Assembly (NCBI GenBank): GCA_965112735.1
Contig: OZ218960.1
Span: forward strand, 620,001-684,000
Reading direction: 5' to 3'
DNA: 64,000 nt
Source of the DNA: Phaeosaccion multiseriatum
Taxonomy: Eukaryota; Protista; Ochrophyta, other classes
Positions 36,660 to 49,466 of the stretch are shown piece after piece. Under the pieces are notes generated by a model that ran no database searches, had not been told where the DNA came from, and saw only the letters and a program-made list of their open reading frames with translations. Position 1 is the first letter of the stretch. Every line of letters begins with the position of its first letter. The position numbers were made by a program, and so were the translations under genes.

Positions 36660-38440
36660 TCAGTCAATCAATTCATACAAGCACAACTGGTCCACCAGTC
36701 CGCACACCCTCCCCAACATGCTCTGCGGATCAGGCTGGCCTGTGAAAATGGTGGGGCCTAGGTAGTAGTTGGGAGCGGGGTACTCAACTCCGTTGCACTC
36801 GAAGATGGGGGGGTACACTCTATCTTGGCCGTATCTGCCGGGGATAAAGATTGTATCGTAGTCCACAATCTCACACACCAAAGTTGTCTCGCCACGATTG
36901 GCGGCGTCGGTCACGTAGTCAACTGTGGTGGGGCGAGGGCAGCGAGGAAGGGAGAGACAGGGAGAGAGCGCACGAGCCCGTGTGCGTGTGTGTGTGGGAG
37001 AGAGGGAGAGAGGAGAGAGAGAGCGCGAAGGAGAGGGGAGAGAGAGAGAGCGAGAGAGAGAGAGCGAGAGAGAGAGAGGGAGAGGAGACAGAGAGCGAAA
37101 GACGGGTCAATGGCTGCTCTGCGATATACCGCCCTCGAGCAGAGCAGGCCGGAGAAGAACATAGCTCTCAGCCACCACTACTACTCACAATGCGGTGGCA
37201 TGTTTTGAGCGCTCGAGATGATATGATAAGTGCGCTGCACCGGTGGGTCTCTCCAGGCATTTATCAACTCTCCGTCTGCTTCGCCGTCACAGTCGAAGAC
37301 CCAGTTCCGAACTACGGCGCGGGTATACGGATCTCCGTCGTCGCAAGTCAACGGAGTAGCCGAGTCGAGGAGCGGCAGTGAGACTATGGAGAGCCACATA
37401 CAGCGGTTATGGAAAGTCAGCAAGCAACAAGCAACAAGGGGGGGAGGGGACGCGGGGGGGCGGGCTTCATGGAATGAGCGGAGGAGAGGAGAAGACACAC
37501 ATGTACAAGCAATACCGATGGCACTCTCCCTCCCTTCCCGTCCCTGCCTCTTGCTCACATTTGGGAACATTGCCGCAGCTGCCGCCAGACCACGAGCAGC
37601 GGAAGGAGGATGACGTCCAGCAGTTGCACGAGGCAGCGTCGGTGAAGGCACTGCAGCTGCCCGCCCATCCCAGCGAGGCACAGTTCACTTCCTCACCGCC
37701 GGTGGTGGGAGGAGGGGTGACGGCAGTGCTGGGTGGCGGCGTCGGGGCCGAAGGGGGGGTCTGAATGATATCCCCAGAGGAGCACACGCCAGGAATCCCA
37801 GCGACCCAGTTGCAGTTGAAGGAGGAGTTGCTCCAGCATTCGCACGAGGCACGGTCGGTGAAGGCACTGCAGCTGCCCGCCCATCCCAGCGAGGGACAGT
37901 TCACTTCCTCACCGCCCGTGATGGGAGGAGGGGTGACGGTGTGTTGGGTTGGGGCGAGAGGCGTCGGGGCCGGAGGGGGGGTAGGGGGGGGAGAGCCGCC
38001 CTGGGGGCACTCGATTTTGTCGGCGTAGACGCCCCACCCGCAGAAGCGACAGTTGGCAGTTCCATCTGCATTGCACCCCAGCCCGCCGGAGATGCCCGGA
38101 GGGGTATCGAGGCAGGTCTCGTCGACGTAGCAGGCTCGCGGAACGCCGCCCACCAGCTCCTCACGGCAGCACGGGAAGAGATCTTCTGTTTACAGCAGTA
38201 GAGGTTGAACAATTAAAAGAAGAAAGGGAGAGAAGGGAGCGAAGAAATGGTGGGATAGCTAAAAGGAAGAGGTGAAGCCAGCGCACAAGCGTAGGGGCAC
38301 CGGCAATGATGAGGAGGAGGAGGGAAAGGTGTGGCGCGGAACGACGATGGATCACCTTCTTGGGCTTGAAGCTTCCCGACGAGGAAGGCCAGCCCCGCCA
38401 CCACCAGCAGTGGGAATGCACGCAGCAAAGATATCTTCAT
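36660..38440 (-). CDS. Secreted cysteine-rich modular protein, array copy 4 (~389 aa, altered C-terminus LCLYELID)
   Basis: Exons 38356-38440, 37559-38185, 37189-37383, 36660-36922; 1170 nt in frame. Confidence 0.84.
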
Positions 38441-38696
38441 GATGTCTTTCTCCTCTGCTCCTTGCCGCTGCTGTTTGTGTTTTTCACCCCATGGAACACT
38501 CGGAGAGGATTTAGAGCCGTTTTTGATGATTATTCGCGGTGTTGTCCGAACGTCGACAACTGTGAAGTCTTGTTGGCGCCAACAATCTACGCCAATTTTG
38601 TCGGGCGAGACCAAGCAGCTCAAGCACGACTTGGTCACCGGAGAGGCCGTCCTGAGTGGGCGTCAGCAGGTCTTGCCCGATCCAATTCTCAGCAGA

Positions 38697-40701
38697 TCAG
38701 AGCGTGGCTGCTGCGATGATGGTGTCCGCGAGGGGCTGCCACGAGTCGAAGGTAGCCGCACGTGCCACCAGGCTCTGCCGCACCTCCTTCATAGCCATAG
38801 CCTGCCTCGCTCCTTCTCCTCCTCCGTGCCTCTTCCACGCCAGCAACGCACGCAGGCCCCTCCACACTTCTGCTGGCGACTCGAGGTCAGACACACGCAC
38901 CACAGCCGTGTTGAGCAGCGTGTCGGTCGAAGAGCCTGGCGTGATGCCCGTGATCTCGCGGAAGGGGGCAAGGTCGCTGATCACCAAGGGGCATCCACAC
39001 GCCAGGGCCTCCAGCACCGTCAGGCCGAAGCCCTCGGCAAAGGAAAGGTGCACCAAGGCAATGGCTCCTGCAGTAGTGGGAAGGCACAGGGGGAGGAGGG
39101 GAGTAGAGGAAAGGGTGGTAGTGTGAGGAATCACGCACACACACGCACACAGATGCAAACGCACAAGCGAGGGAGAGCGAGAGGCAGGGGGGAGGGGTGC
39201 AGAGAAGAGAGTAGAGATGGCGAGCGAGAGAGCGGGAAAAGAAGAATGCGAAACGATTGGCACAGAGAGAGAGAGCAGCAGCACCCACAGAACAGTCACA
39301 GTATAGCCCACCAACCCCCCCCCCAAGAGAGGAAGGAAGGAAGGAAGGAAGGAAGGAAGGAAGGAAGGAAGGAAGGAAGGAAGGAAGGAGGGAAGGAAGT
39401 AAGGAAGGAAGGAAGGAAGGAAGGAAGGAAGGAAGGAAGGAAGGAAGGAAGGCACGCAGCCCACGCCAGCGCCAACGCCCCCAGCGAGCGAATCGCACAC
39501 ACCTGAGTAGGCCACGGCGAGATCATTGTCATTGGGCCTGGGCAGATGCACGTATCGCACTCCCATCAGGAGCTTCTTCTCGGCCTCAGTCACGGGCCCG
39601 CCGCCCGCCAGCACCAGCAGAGGGGCGGTGTCAGGACCGGCGAGGCGCAGGGCTCTGTACAGCAGGAGGGCGTTCTTGTAGCCCAGTCGAGCGCCCACCA
39701 CGACCACGTACTCCTCCTCCTCCTCCTCCTCCTCCTCCTCACCCTCCTCCTGGATTCGGAACCCTTCCTCCTCCGTCTCTCTTGCTGCGTCTCTCATTGC
39801 CTTTCGAAGCTCGGCTGTGAAGCGTCGCACCTGGTCGTCGTGTGGTGTGGGGTGTTCGTGTTCGTATGGGAGGGCAGGCGGAGCGATAGACAGAGGTGAG
39901 CAAAGGCTGTACATGGTGATTGGTACGGTTGGGCTGTATGTCTCTTCTCCACTTGCCCCCCGCCCCCCCGCCCTTGCACCTGTTTTGCATTTGCATTGCT
40001 GTTGCATCCCCTCCCAACCTGAGGGAGCTTGTCAACCGTAAAGCCATTTGTGACACACTCAGGAAGGCTCTCACTCTTAAAAGTCTTCTCTGGCACTGCA
40101 CTGCAAAACACCTCGATGAGACAGCATATATGGCATTGCAACACGCCACTATCAGATACCCCACCCAATCAGGAAGCTGACACTGAAACTGAAACTCAAA
40201 CTTCAAACTGAAACCGAAAGTGGTGCTTGCCTGTTCCTCGGGCCTTGGATGGAAGGTCTTGAGGTCTACGCCCAAGTGTGCCATCCATACAGGCCTGCCG
40301 CCCCCCCCCTGCCATCCACTGCCATCCCCCCCATCGCTGCCCTGTCCGCCGCTGCCGTACAGAGACATGAAGTCCGTTGCTGTTGCCTGCGACACAGACA
40401 CGATCGCGTCCGCAGCTGTAGGCGTATGGGCAGGCATATGGGCAGGTAGGCAGGCAGGCAGAGGCATATAGAGAGGCATATGAGCATGTATACGGGCAAG
40501 CAAGTAGGCAGGCAGGCAGATGGGGAGGCAGATGGGGAGGCAGATGGGGAGGCTGGTGATAGAATTGGTGATCCAGCGCTCCCTGAGACGACATCTCACG
40601 AGCCCGATTGCCCTCCTCTGCCAGCGCGGGCTCTCTGGAGTCCCTTGGTGCGCCTCTTCGTCGTCCTCCTCCTCCTTCTCGTCCTCCTGCTGGTGCTCCT
40701 C

Positions 40702-40740
<39 letters not shown>

Positions 40741-40789
40741 CCATCATCATCTCCTCCTCCTTCTTCTCGTCCGCCTGCTGCTGCTCCTC

Positions 40790-40867
<78 letters not shown>

Positions 40868-43800
40868 CCATCATCACCATCATCATCTCCTCCTCCTCCT
40901 CTTCCTCATCCTCGTCCTCCTTACACCATTGCCACATTACCACCACCACCCCCACCCTCACCGCACCCCACCGAATCACACCACCCACCTCGAGAAGCGA
41001 GGGCCTTGGTAAGCCAAAAGCCCTCCTCCATTTGCCATCCGAGCCGCTCGGGAATGCAATCGTGCACCAGCAGCACATGCTGGAAGCCCACGGGCAGCAG
41101 GCCGCGATAAGGCATCGTGTAGAGGCTCGACACAAAGGCCGAGGCGCCAATGTCTCTGAGCACCGCAGCGAGCACGAGCTGATCGCTGAGGAAGGCCATG
41201 TGTTCATTGAAGGGAGGGATGGAGAGGGTGGCAAACCTCCCCTCACTCCCCTCAGGAAGGGCTTGCAGCAGCGACGCCAACCACGAGGGGGGTTCTGAGG
41301 GCTCTGATTCCGAGGGTCGTCGCACCAGAGAGGAAGCAGTTCCGTGTCTGGTCCTACGGCTGCTGCCATCTGTACCTCCCCTCCTGCTGCTGCCATCTGT
41401 GACTTGGCCGTCGTGGTCAGTGTGGTGGTTGGTGCGCAGGAGGAGGGTACCGCACGTCCCTTGCACCTTAGACAGGCGCCACAGGAGAGCCTCAAGCACC
41501 GACCGCCACACGCGAGCGATGCCCTTGGGGTGAGCATAGTCCACCTGGCAGGTGGGGGTCGAGGGTCAGGGCGAGGGGAAGTGCCGTATTCGTGGCTGAT
41601 GTTAGGGTTCGTGTTGGTGCTACAACAGGGATTGCGCTAGGGATAGGGGTTGGCGCCGGGGATGGACTCCACCCACCCCTCCACCTGGAGCTCAACACGA
41701 TCAATCGCAGAGCTAGGGATAGTGTTCATGTTAGCGTTAGGGACTCCACCCACCCACCCTCACACCCACCTGACAGACACAACATCAATGGCAGAGATAG
41801 TGATACTTCCAGTGTGCGTGCCAGTGCTATGGATAGTGAGTGCTAACATTAGTGCAAGTAGTACCTTCACCCACCCATCCACCCACCCACCCACCTGGAA
41901 CACAACAAGGTCAATCGCCAAATGCGCCACGGGACACGAAGGTGCAACGGCTGGGGTCCCTGTCCCTGCCCCTGTTGCTGCTGTACTACCAACGGTTCCT
42001 CCCTCACCCTGCCGCTCTCCTCTCTCCTCCCCCTCCTCCTGCTTCTGCTGGTGTCGCCGCCGCCGCCGCTGCTGCAGCTGTGTCACCAACTCTTTCTGCC
42101 TCAAGACCGCCGGCGAAGAAGGGTCCACAAAAGGTCCGAGGGGCACCGGGTCGACGTGTACACCAATGGGGCTCCTCCCCGGGCGGTCCACCACCGTACT
42201 GAGCAGGCGCGGATCGGTCTCTCCCTCCCTCCGGATCCAGCTCAGACGCTCGGCCAAGAGGAGGGGCGGCTCCTCTGTCTGCAGGGCCCGCCACTGCTGC
42301 ACCATACCGGAGCCGGAGCCAGTGCCACCGACCTCTGCACCAGCGTCTGCGGCACCCCCGGGAGGCTCTTCTTCCGTGGTGCCCAAAGGACTGCCCATAT
42401 GACTGGTGTCAGGACTTGTAGTGTCAGGACTGGCATCATAGCCGTAGAAGCTGCCCTTGAAGCGCACTTGGTGCTCGAGGGCGTAGGCATAGTGAGTAAA
42501 CACCAGGCCGACAGAGGCCGTCTCCTCCCTGCTGAAGCACTCCCCATCCTCCTCCTCCCCCTCCCACTCCTCCTCCTCCTCCTCCTGCGCCTCCTCCGCC
42601 CCCTCCCCCTCCGCATCCTCATCCCTCTTCATGTCCCCTCCCTCCCCGCCCAAGCGAGGGGCAGAGGCGGGGGACGGCCCTCCGAAGGCCGACGGAATGG
42701 CCGACGGTATGGCCCTGAGGCCACCATCGGGCTTGAAGTGTCCAAGGGAGGGTGGGGCGTGTTGAAGCCAGACCATGCGGTGAGGGGAGAAAACCCACGC
42801 ACGCAACCACTCGTGCTGCCAAGAGTGCCCGTAACCGTCCTGTGTGCGTGTGGTTTGTGTGCGTGTGCGTGTATGTGCGTGTGTGCGTGTGTGTGCGTGG
42901 GGGTGTGTGTAGTGTTTTGTGCATCCTTGAGTGTGTGTGTGCGTGTGTGTGTGTGGAAGAGGGTGTGACAGTTACGTGTTTCCTTCCAACCTTTCCACGT
43001 GGGAGTTGAAATGTAAGCGTTTCGGGGCCTCTCCTCCCTTCCTTCCACTGCCATCCCCTTCCCCTTACTCACCTCAGTCACAGTGACGAGGTCCGGCCCC
43101 ACAAAGAAATGGCAGTGGAAGTACGCACACGAGCGGGGCGCCCTTTTCTTGCCCATCCCCTTTCCCTTGTTCCTCTGCCTCTTGCGCTTCGACCCCTCTC
43201 CGTCCCCATCCCTCCCTGCACCAGGAGGAGGAGGAGGAGGAGGAGGAGGAGGATGAGGAGTGCGCGGCCTCTGCTGCCCATCCACTGCCATCGCCATCCC
43301 ACCCCCCTCCACTGCCATCCTCCCCCTGTGCCTGTCCTCAAGGAACAAGGCTCTGAGCGCCACAAGCTGCTCTGCTGTCCACAACTCGTCCGCGTCCACC
43401 TGCAGCAGGACACACTCTCCCTCCACTGCCATCCCCCTCCCTGTCCCTATCCCCTCCTCCTCCCCCTCTCTGACGACTCGTAAGCCCTCCTGCTTGCCCT
43501 CGTTGCCCAGGGCGAAGAGGGCGTAGTTGCTCATCTGGATCTTGTCTTTCCAGCCGCAATGCCCTGCCCCCTCTCTTCCCCCCACCCCGGCCCCCTCCCC
43601 CTCTCCTCCTCCTCCTCCTCCTCCTCCTCCTCCTCCTCCTCCTCCTCCTCCTCCTCCTCCTCCTCCTCCTCCTCCTCCTCCCCTCCCGCAGCGGCGATGT
43701 ACGTGCACATTCCCCGGGTGGTCTTGCTCAATCCCGTCAAGGTAGGCGGTGGTGCCGTCTGTGGACAGCCCGTCCGTGTCGTAGTAGCGAGGGGGGAGGC

Positions 43801-46272
43801 TCTGCGTGGAGTAGGGTCGGTGGTGATTGGCTCTCCCCTCCGCTACCCCCTCTACGATGTGCCATTGCCAGTACTCAGTTCCAGTGTGATTGCTGTTGCT
43901 GCGTCCAGTGCCCTTCCCATTGCTCTGTTCAGAGCCTTCGTCTGTTGTTCCATGGGCATCGGAGGCCGCCATTAGCTTCCCCGCCTGGCAGAGATATGAT
44001 TGAGAGGGGGGCGGTGGATAGGCAGGTAGATAAGAGAGGCAGACGGATAGAAAGAGAGACAGACAGACACACAGACAGACAGACAGACAGACAGACAGAC
44101 GGAGAGACAGAGAGGCATCGGTCCGTCGTCGGCGCCGACGCTGGGATAGGGTCTAGGGGACATGGGAGAAGAGGAAGGGAAGCTCCGCCCAGGGCCCTGT
44201 CACCCTTCCGATAGAGTACACCCACGCACCCACCCACCCACCCACCCACCCACCCCTCTCTTCCCTCCCCTCCCTTCCGATCATGGACTCGTTACTGTAC
44301 ACTCGGTCGAAGCTTCGCTCGCTGATGCATGTACGGGCTCTGGGCCTTGAGGTGGCACACACTTGCTCACTTCTAAAGCTTTCGCACAACTCACCTCCTG
44401 CAGCACTTGGAGGTGGTGCTGGATGAAGGGCATTCCGTTGAGCACAATCGTGACCACGCACAGGGGCAGCTCTACAGGGGCCACTGGGCCGTTCGCATCG
44501 CCTCCCTTCCCTTCGTCGTCTCCTTCTCGCTCTCCCTCTCCCTCTGCCTCTTGTTCTAACGTAGTCGCCGTCTTCGCCCCCTTCTCCCTCTGCCGCTCCT
44601 CCTCTCCCCTACCCCCCTCCCTCCCTCCTCCTGCCCCCCCTCTCCCTTCACCCCTCTCTCCACACGTCTCCCCTTCTCCCTCCACACAGAAGCGCGTCGT
44701 CCGGACGCACCCCCTCCCCCTGAGACTTCGCATCTCGGGCATGACAAACAACTCTGCAGTGAGTGTGTGCCACCCCTCCCTCAGCCCAGCGAGGCGCCCT
44801 CTCGGTAGGCAGTTGGCCAAGTGGTACTGTCCATCCAAGTGACTGCACACAAGCCCCCCCACCACCCCCTCCCCCTCCCCCTCCAAGCTCAAGTCGAGCC
44901 ACTCCAGAGCGAAGTGCACCTCTATGGCCTCGTGCTGCCCGAACACAGCGCCGTCGGTAGGCGAGAGAATGGGCGGGAAGGAGGGGCAGGAGGAGTCAGG
45001 AGAGTCTGAAGGGTAGGAGGAGTCATCCACGCCGCTCTTGAGCTTGAGGCCTCGGCCGTGGGATGGGGAGGATGGGGAGGATGGTGGCCGTGGATGGGGA
45101 AGGTCTTGTTGGGAGGGCAGAGACCCAAGTGCAGCAGCCCCAAGCTTGGAAGAGAGCGTCCCGAAGCTCTGCAGCGCCCTCTTGTTGTCGTGCTCCAGCA
45201 GCAGCGCCCACTGCATAAGCCTTAGTGCGGCGAGCAGCTGTCCCTCCTCTTCCATCAGCTCCGCCAGCCGCTGGAGAAGGTCCAGAGACGTCCCCACGAG
45301 GGCCCCGTCCTTGAGGTTTAGGTTACGCCGGAATTTCGTCCTCCTCCTCCTCCTCCTCCCCCTCTTCCTTCTCGTCTTTCTCCTCCTCCTCCTCTTTTCC
45401 TCCTCCCCCTCCTCCTCCTCCTCCTCCTCCTCCTCCTCCTCCTCCTCCTCCTCCTCCTCCTCCTTCTCCTCCTCCTTCTCCTTCTCCTCCTCCTCCTCCT
45501 CCTCCTCCTCCTCCTCCTCCTCCTCCTCCTGGGAGGTCAGCGCCCCCGTCACTTTGAGCCCTTCCATCAGCAGCATGGTCTCTGCCTGCTTGTCCTTGGA
45601 GCCGAAGCGGCGGCACAGAGTGGCCAGGTTAAGCAGGGCCGCCAAATGCGTCTCCAAATTCACCTGCACACCCACACCACCGCGAGAAGAAGGAGGTCTG
45701 GTCCCCGCCCCCTCCTCTCGCTCCCCTCCCCCTCCCTCCCTCCCTCCCTCTCCATCCGCTGCCATCCCGGCCGCTGCCAACTCAAGCACTCTCTCCATAT
45801 ACCTCCAAGAGTGCACCCACCATCCCAGATTGGCCACCGCCGCACCCGCGTAGAGTAGTGTGTCGGGGTCGCGGTTGGCCTCTTGGGGAAAGTTGCTGAA
45901 CATGTTGGTGGTGTGGCGATGTGCCAGCTGTGAGTCGCCTCCGAGGAGCGCCGCTCGAGCCATAGCCCGGAGCTCCGCCAGTGACGACGATGGAGGGCGC
46001 TCTTCCGCCCCCGCACCTGCTGACCCGCTCTGCCCATATGACTGCTCTCCTCTTCCGCCTTCCGCCAGGGAACTGGAACTGAAACTGGAAGTGTCTGCTC
46101 CGAGCAGGAGCGCAATGGGTGGTGCGGCACGGATGGGCGCTCCCCCTCCCCCCACACCCTCCCTGCTGGCATTGCCACCCCTGCCCATCCCTAGGTAGTT
46201 CGACAACGGATAGCCAGAGTACTCCTTGCCCCGCTCCTTGCCCCGCTCCTTGCCTCGCTCCTCCTCCTCCTC

Positions 46273-46314
<42 letters not shown>

Positions 46315-49300
46315 TTGGCCACGGTCGCCCCCTGCCCCCCCCCGGTCTGAAAATCGGGAGAAGCCAATGCTGCCCCCCCAGCCGCTTTGGCGAAACGCCT
46401 TCTTCTTCCTCTGGTGGGCTCCTCCCCCGTCTACCCTCCTCCCCACCAGCAAACACTCGGGCCCCAGCCGCCCCCCTCCGCCACGGACACTGCTGCCCCC
46501 GCATGCCAGGTGTGCGCTGCTGCTGCTACTGCTGCTGGTGGTGCTGGTGGTGCTGGTGTTGGTGGTGTTGGTGGTGACGTTGGTGCCATCGCTGCTACTG
46601 CCGCTGCTGAAGGTGATGCTCTGAGTAGTCGAATGCATGGAGGGCAGGCGGTTGTCACCACTCTCACTCCTCTCCTCTCTCTGCCGCTTCAGATTGATGT
46701 CTTGCACAAGGTCCAGCGGCACACCCAACACACCCCTCCCTCTCCCTCCTCCGAACCCTCCTTCCGCAGCGGTTCCGCTCGCTTGGTAGGCCATAGCAAT
46801 GGACGCTGAAGATAGATAGGCCGAGGACAAAGAGGCAGACACAGACACGGAGAGAGAGGCAGAGGGGGCGAAGGACGGGCCCAATGCAAGGCCACCCTCC
46901 GGGGAAGGGGAGGCGTCGCCCTCGCCATACCGCACCATCTGAGGTGAGGCATTCGAGGCAGCGAGAGCGGGTGAGTGAGTCAGTTAGAGGCTTATGGGGA
47001 GCGAGGACGGGAGGGAGGGAGGGAAGGAGGACGGAGGGAGGAGGAAGGGAGGAGGGGAGGAGGGAGGGAGGGAGGGAGGGACGCGGGGAGGGAGGGAGAG
47101 AGAGAGAGAGAGGGAGGGAGGGAGGGAGGGAGGGAGGGAGGGAGGGAGGGAGGGAGGGAGGGAGGGAGGGAGGGAGGGAGGGAGGGGGCAATTGTCGTTT
47201 CATCCTGTGTTTGATATGCTGCAGAGCATGCCCTGTGCCCGCCTCCGTCCTCTCTATGCCTCTCTCTATACCCTCTCTATGCCCTTTCTATACCCTCTCT
47301 GTACCCTCTCTATACCATGACTACACCCTCTCTATACCATGACTACACCCTCTCTATACCCGCTCTATACCCTCTCTATACCCTCTCTATACCCTCTCTA
47401 TACCCTCTCTATACCCTCTCCATACCCTCTCTGTACCTGGGGAGGCGAGTCTGAGAGGCCGCGGCCGTATCCCTCCTGCACCAGCAAGAGCTTGCCCCCT
47501 TGGGAAGGCCCCCCCTGGGAAGGCCCCCCCTGGGAAGCTCCCCCCTGGGAAGCGCCCCTTCCGTCGACGACCTTTCCCTGCGTGTTGGGGATGATGGCCA
47601 CTCCTTGGCTCAGCGCAATGTGCACCGCGCCTCGCCCGCTTGGGGCAGCAGTGGGGGGGGGCAGGGAGGGGACTGAGGGGGGTGGGGGGGGGGAGGAGAG
47701 GGGGGACAGGAGAGGGGGGGAGGGGGTGTCGTTAGCTTGCTCACACTTTGCTTTCCTGGAGAGATCGACCGGGTTGCGCTGCTGCAGTCAGTCAGTCAGT
47801 CAGCCAGTCAGTCAGTCAGTCAGTCAGTCAGTCAGTCGGTCAGTCAGTCAGTCAGTCAGTGCGCTGAGGCGCTTTCCTTGTACGCAAAGCAACGCAAAGC
47901 CATCGCAGGCCCGTACCTGTGGAGGCCGTGTCGGAGGCAGGAGGAGGAGGAGGAGGAGGAGGAGGAGGCGGGGTACCGAGTGGAGAAGGAGGTGTCGAAG
48001 TCGAGGCCCCAGCCCCAAGCCCAGCAGTAGCAGTTGGTGATACAGCAGCAGCAAGATCTGCACTAGCCCCCACACCTTCCGAAGAGCTCCCTCCTCCTCC
48101 TCCTCCTCCTCCTCTGCTGCTGCTGCTGCTGTAAGTGTCTTGGCGAGAAAGCCCCTCGCCGCCCCCTGCTGCTGCCACTTGCGCTGAATCACCAACTGCT
48201 GCGGGTGGTGGTGCTCGAGGGCGCCACTTCCCCCCCTTAATGCAGTCCAGCACGATGCTCTTTCCCCCGCGCCTCCGAATCAACCCCCACTCCTCCTCCT
48301 CCTCCTCCTCCTCCTCCCCCTCCTCCACCACTCGTTCCGAAGCCCCGCTTGCAACGGTTTCCAAGGTGCTGTTGTAGTTGGCATGATGCACCCCCCCTGG
48401 CTGGGCAGTATAGTTGGTATGCCGTCTCCCTTGGGCGTCATTCCACTCCCTCGCCTCCACCCCTGCAAAACCCGCACTCCGGCAGAGGTTGGCGAGGAGA
48501 GGGAGTGTGTACATGACTACATGTCCGTCCCGAATGTCTGCCTCGATCATGCCGCGGGGCAGGTAAGAGGGTAGCACTTGCAACCCCGCCTGTACTCCTC
48601 CTCTTCCTCCTCCTCCTCCTCCTCCACCACCACCACCACCTCCTCCTCCTCCTCCAGTGCTGGTGGTGGTGTTGGTGGTGGTGGTGGTGGTGGGTCTTTT
48701 GAAGTAGGGGTCGGGCACCGCAAGCCTCAACCTCCCCCCGGGGCGCAGAAAGCGCAGCGCATTTGCTGCCGCCACGTGTCCTTGAAGCAGAGACATGTGC
48801 TCCCACACATGCTCCGCCACAAACGCGTCGACAAGCCCATCAAAAGCGTCGACCTCGAACAACCCAACCCCGTCAGGGTCAGGGTCAGCGCCAGGGTCAG
48901 GGGAAGTAAAGGATGGGGCAGGGGTAAGGCCATGTGTGGAGGGCCCTTCACGGGCGTTGGCGTTGGCGCGGTGAGGGAAGAGAAAGGCAAAGTCCTCCTC
49001 GTCTGTGGCGTCGAGAACGTTGAGGTCTAAGGAGATCCACCCACCCGCTCCACCCAGGTAGTCGGAGTTCACGCTTTCTCCCAAGGCCACCCTCAGCTTC
49101 CCCCCTCCTCCCCCTCCTCCTCCTTCCCTCGCCGCAGCCAGAGCTGTGGCTACCTCCTTGCGTTTCATACTGCGGCGCACTTGCCTCAGAGCAAGTTCCT
49201 TCTCCAGAAAGGACATGACCCAGGCTATGACCCGCCCCGTCTCGGTCTCTGCATCTGTCTCAGTCTCTGTGTCTGCCTTCTTTTCTGTTTCTGTAACTGT

Positions 49301-49435
49301 CCCTGTGTCTTCGCTGTTGATAGTGAGGTATGTGGTGGCCCCCCTCTGCGGTCTCCGTCCCGTACCGAATACTACCGCTCTCCACGCTGGTCCTTCCCCT
49401 TTCGGAACTTTACCCGCCCACCCGCTCCCCTCCTC

Positions 49436-49466
<31 letters not shown>

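Larger units (their letters stand above)
24500..38500. repeat. Tandem segmental duplication: four units of ~3.5-4.4 kb (gene plus 3' flank; three also share a ~1.3-kb spacer)
   Basis: The 3' flank TAATCAC(A/G)CGCTCAGCCACGCG...GCTGCCCCATGTAT recurs at ~24540, 28155, 32050 and 36475. The spacer block GGATAGAGGTC...GGAAATGGAGCAGAAAGCGGGGACAGC...GAACCCTCCACGCCGC recurs at ~27020-28090, 31130-31930 and 35575-36370. Confidence 0.92.

Noticed and set aside
24791-38440. A diversity-generating retroelement as the source of the loop variation
   Set aside because: There is no reverse transcriptase or template repeat in the window, and the differences include indels and are not adenine-specific.
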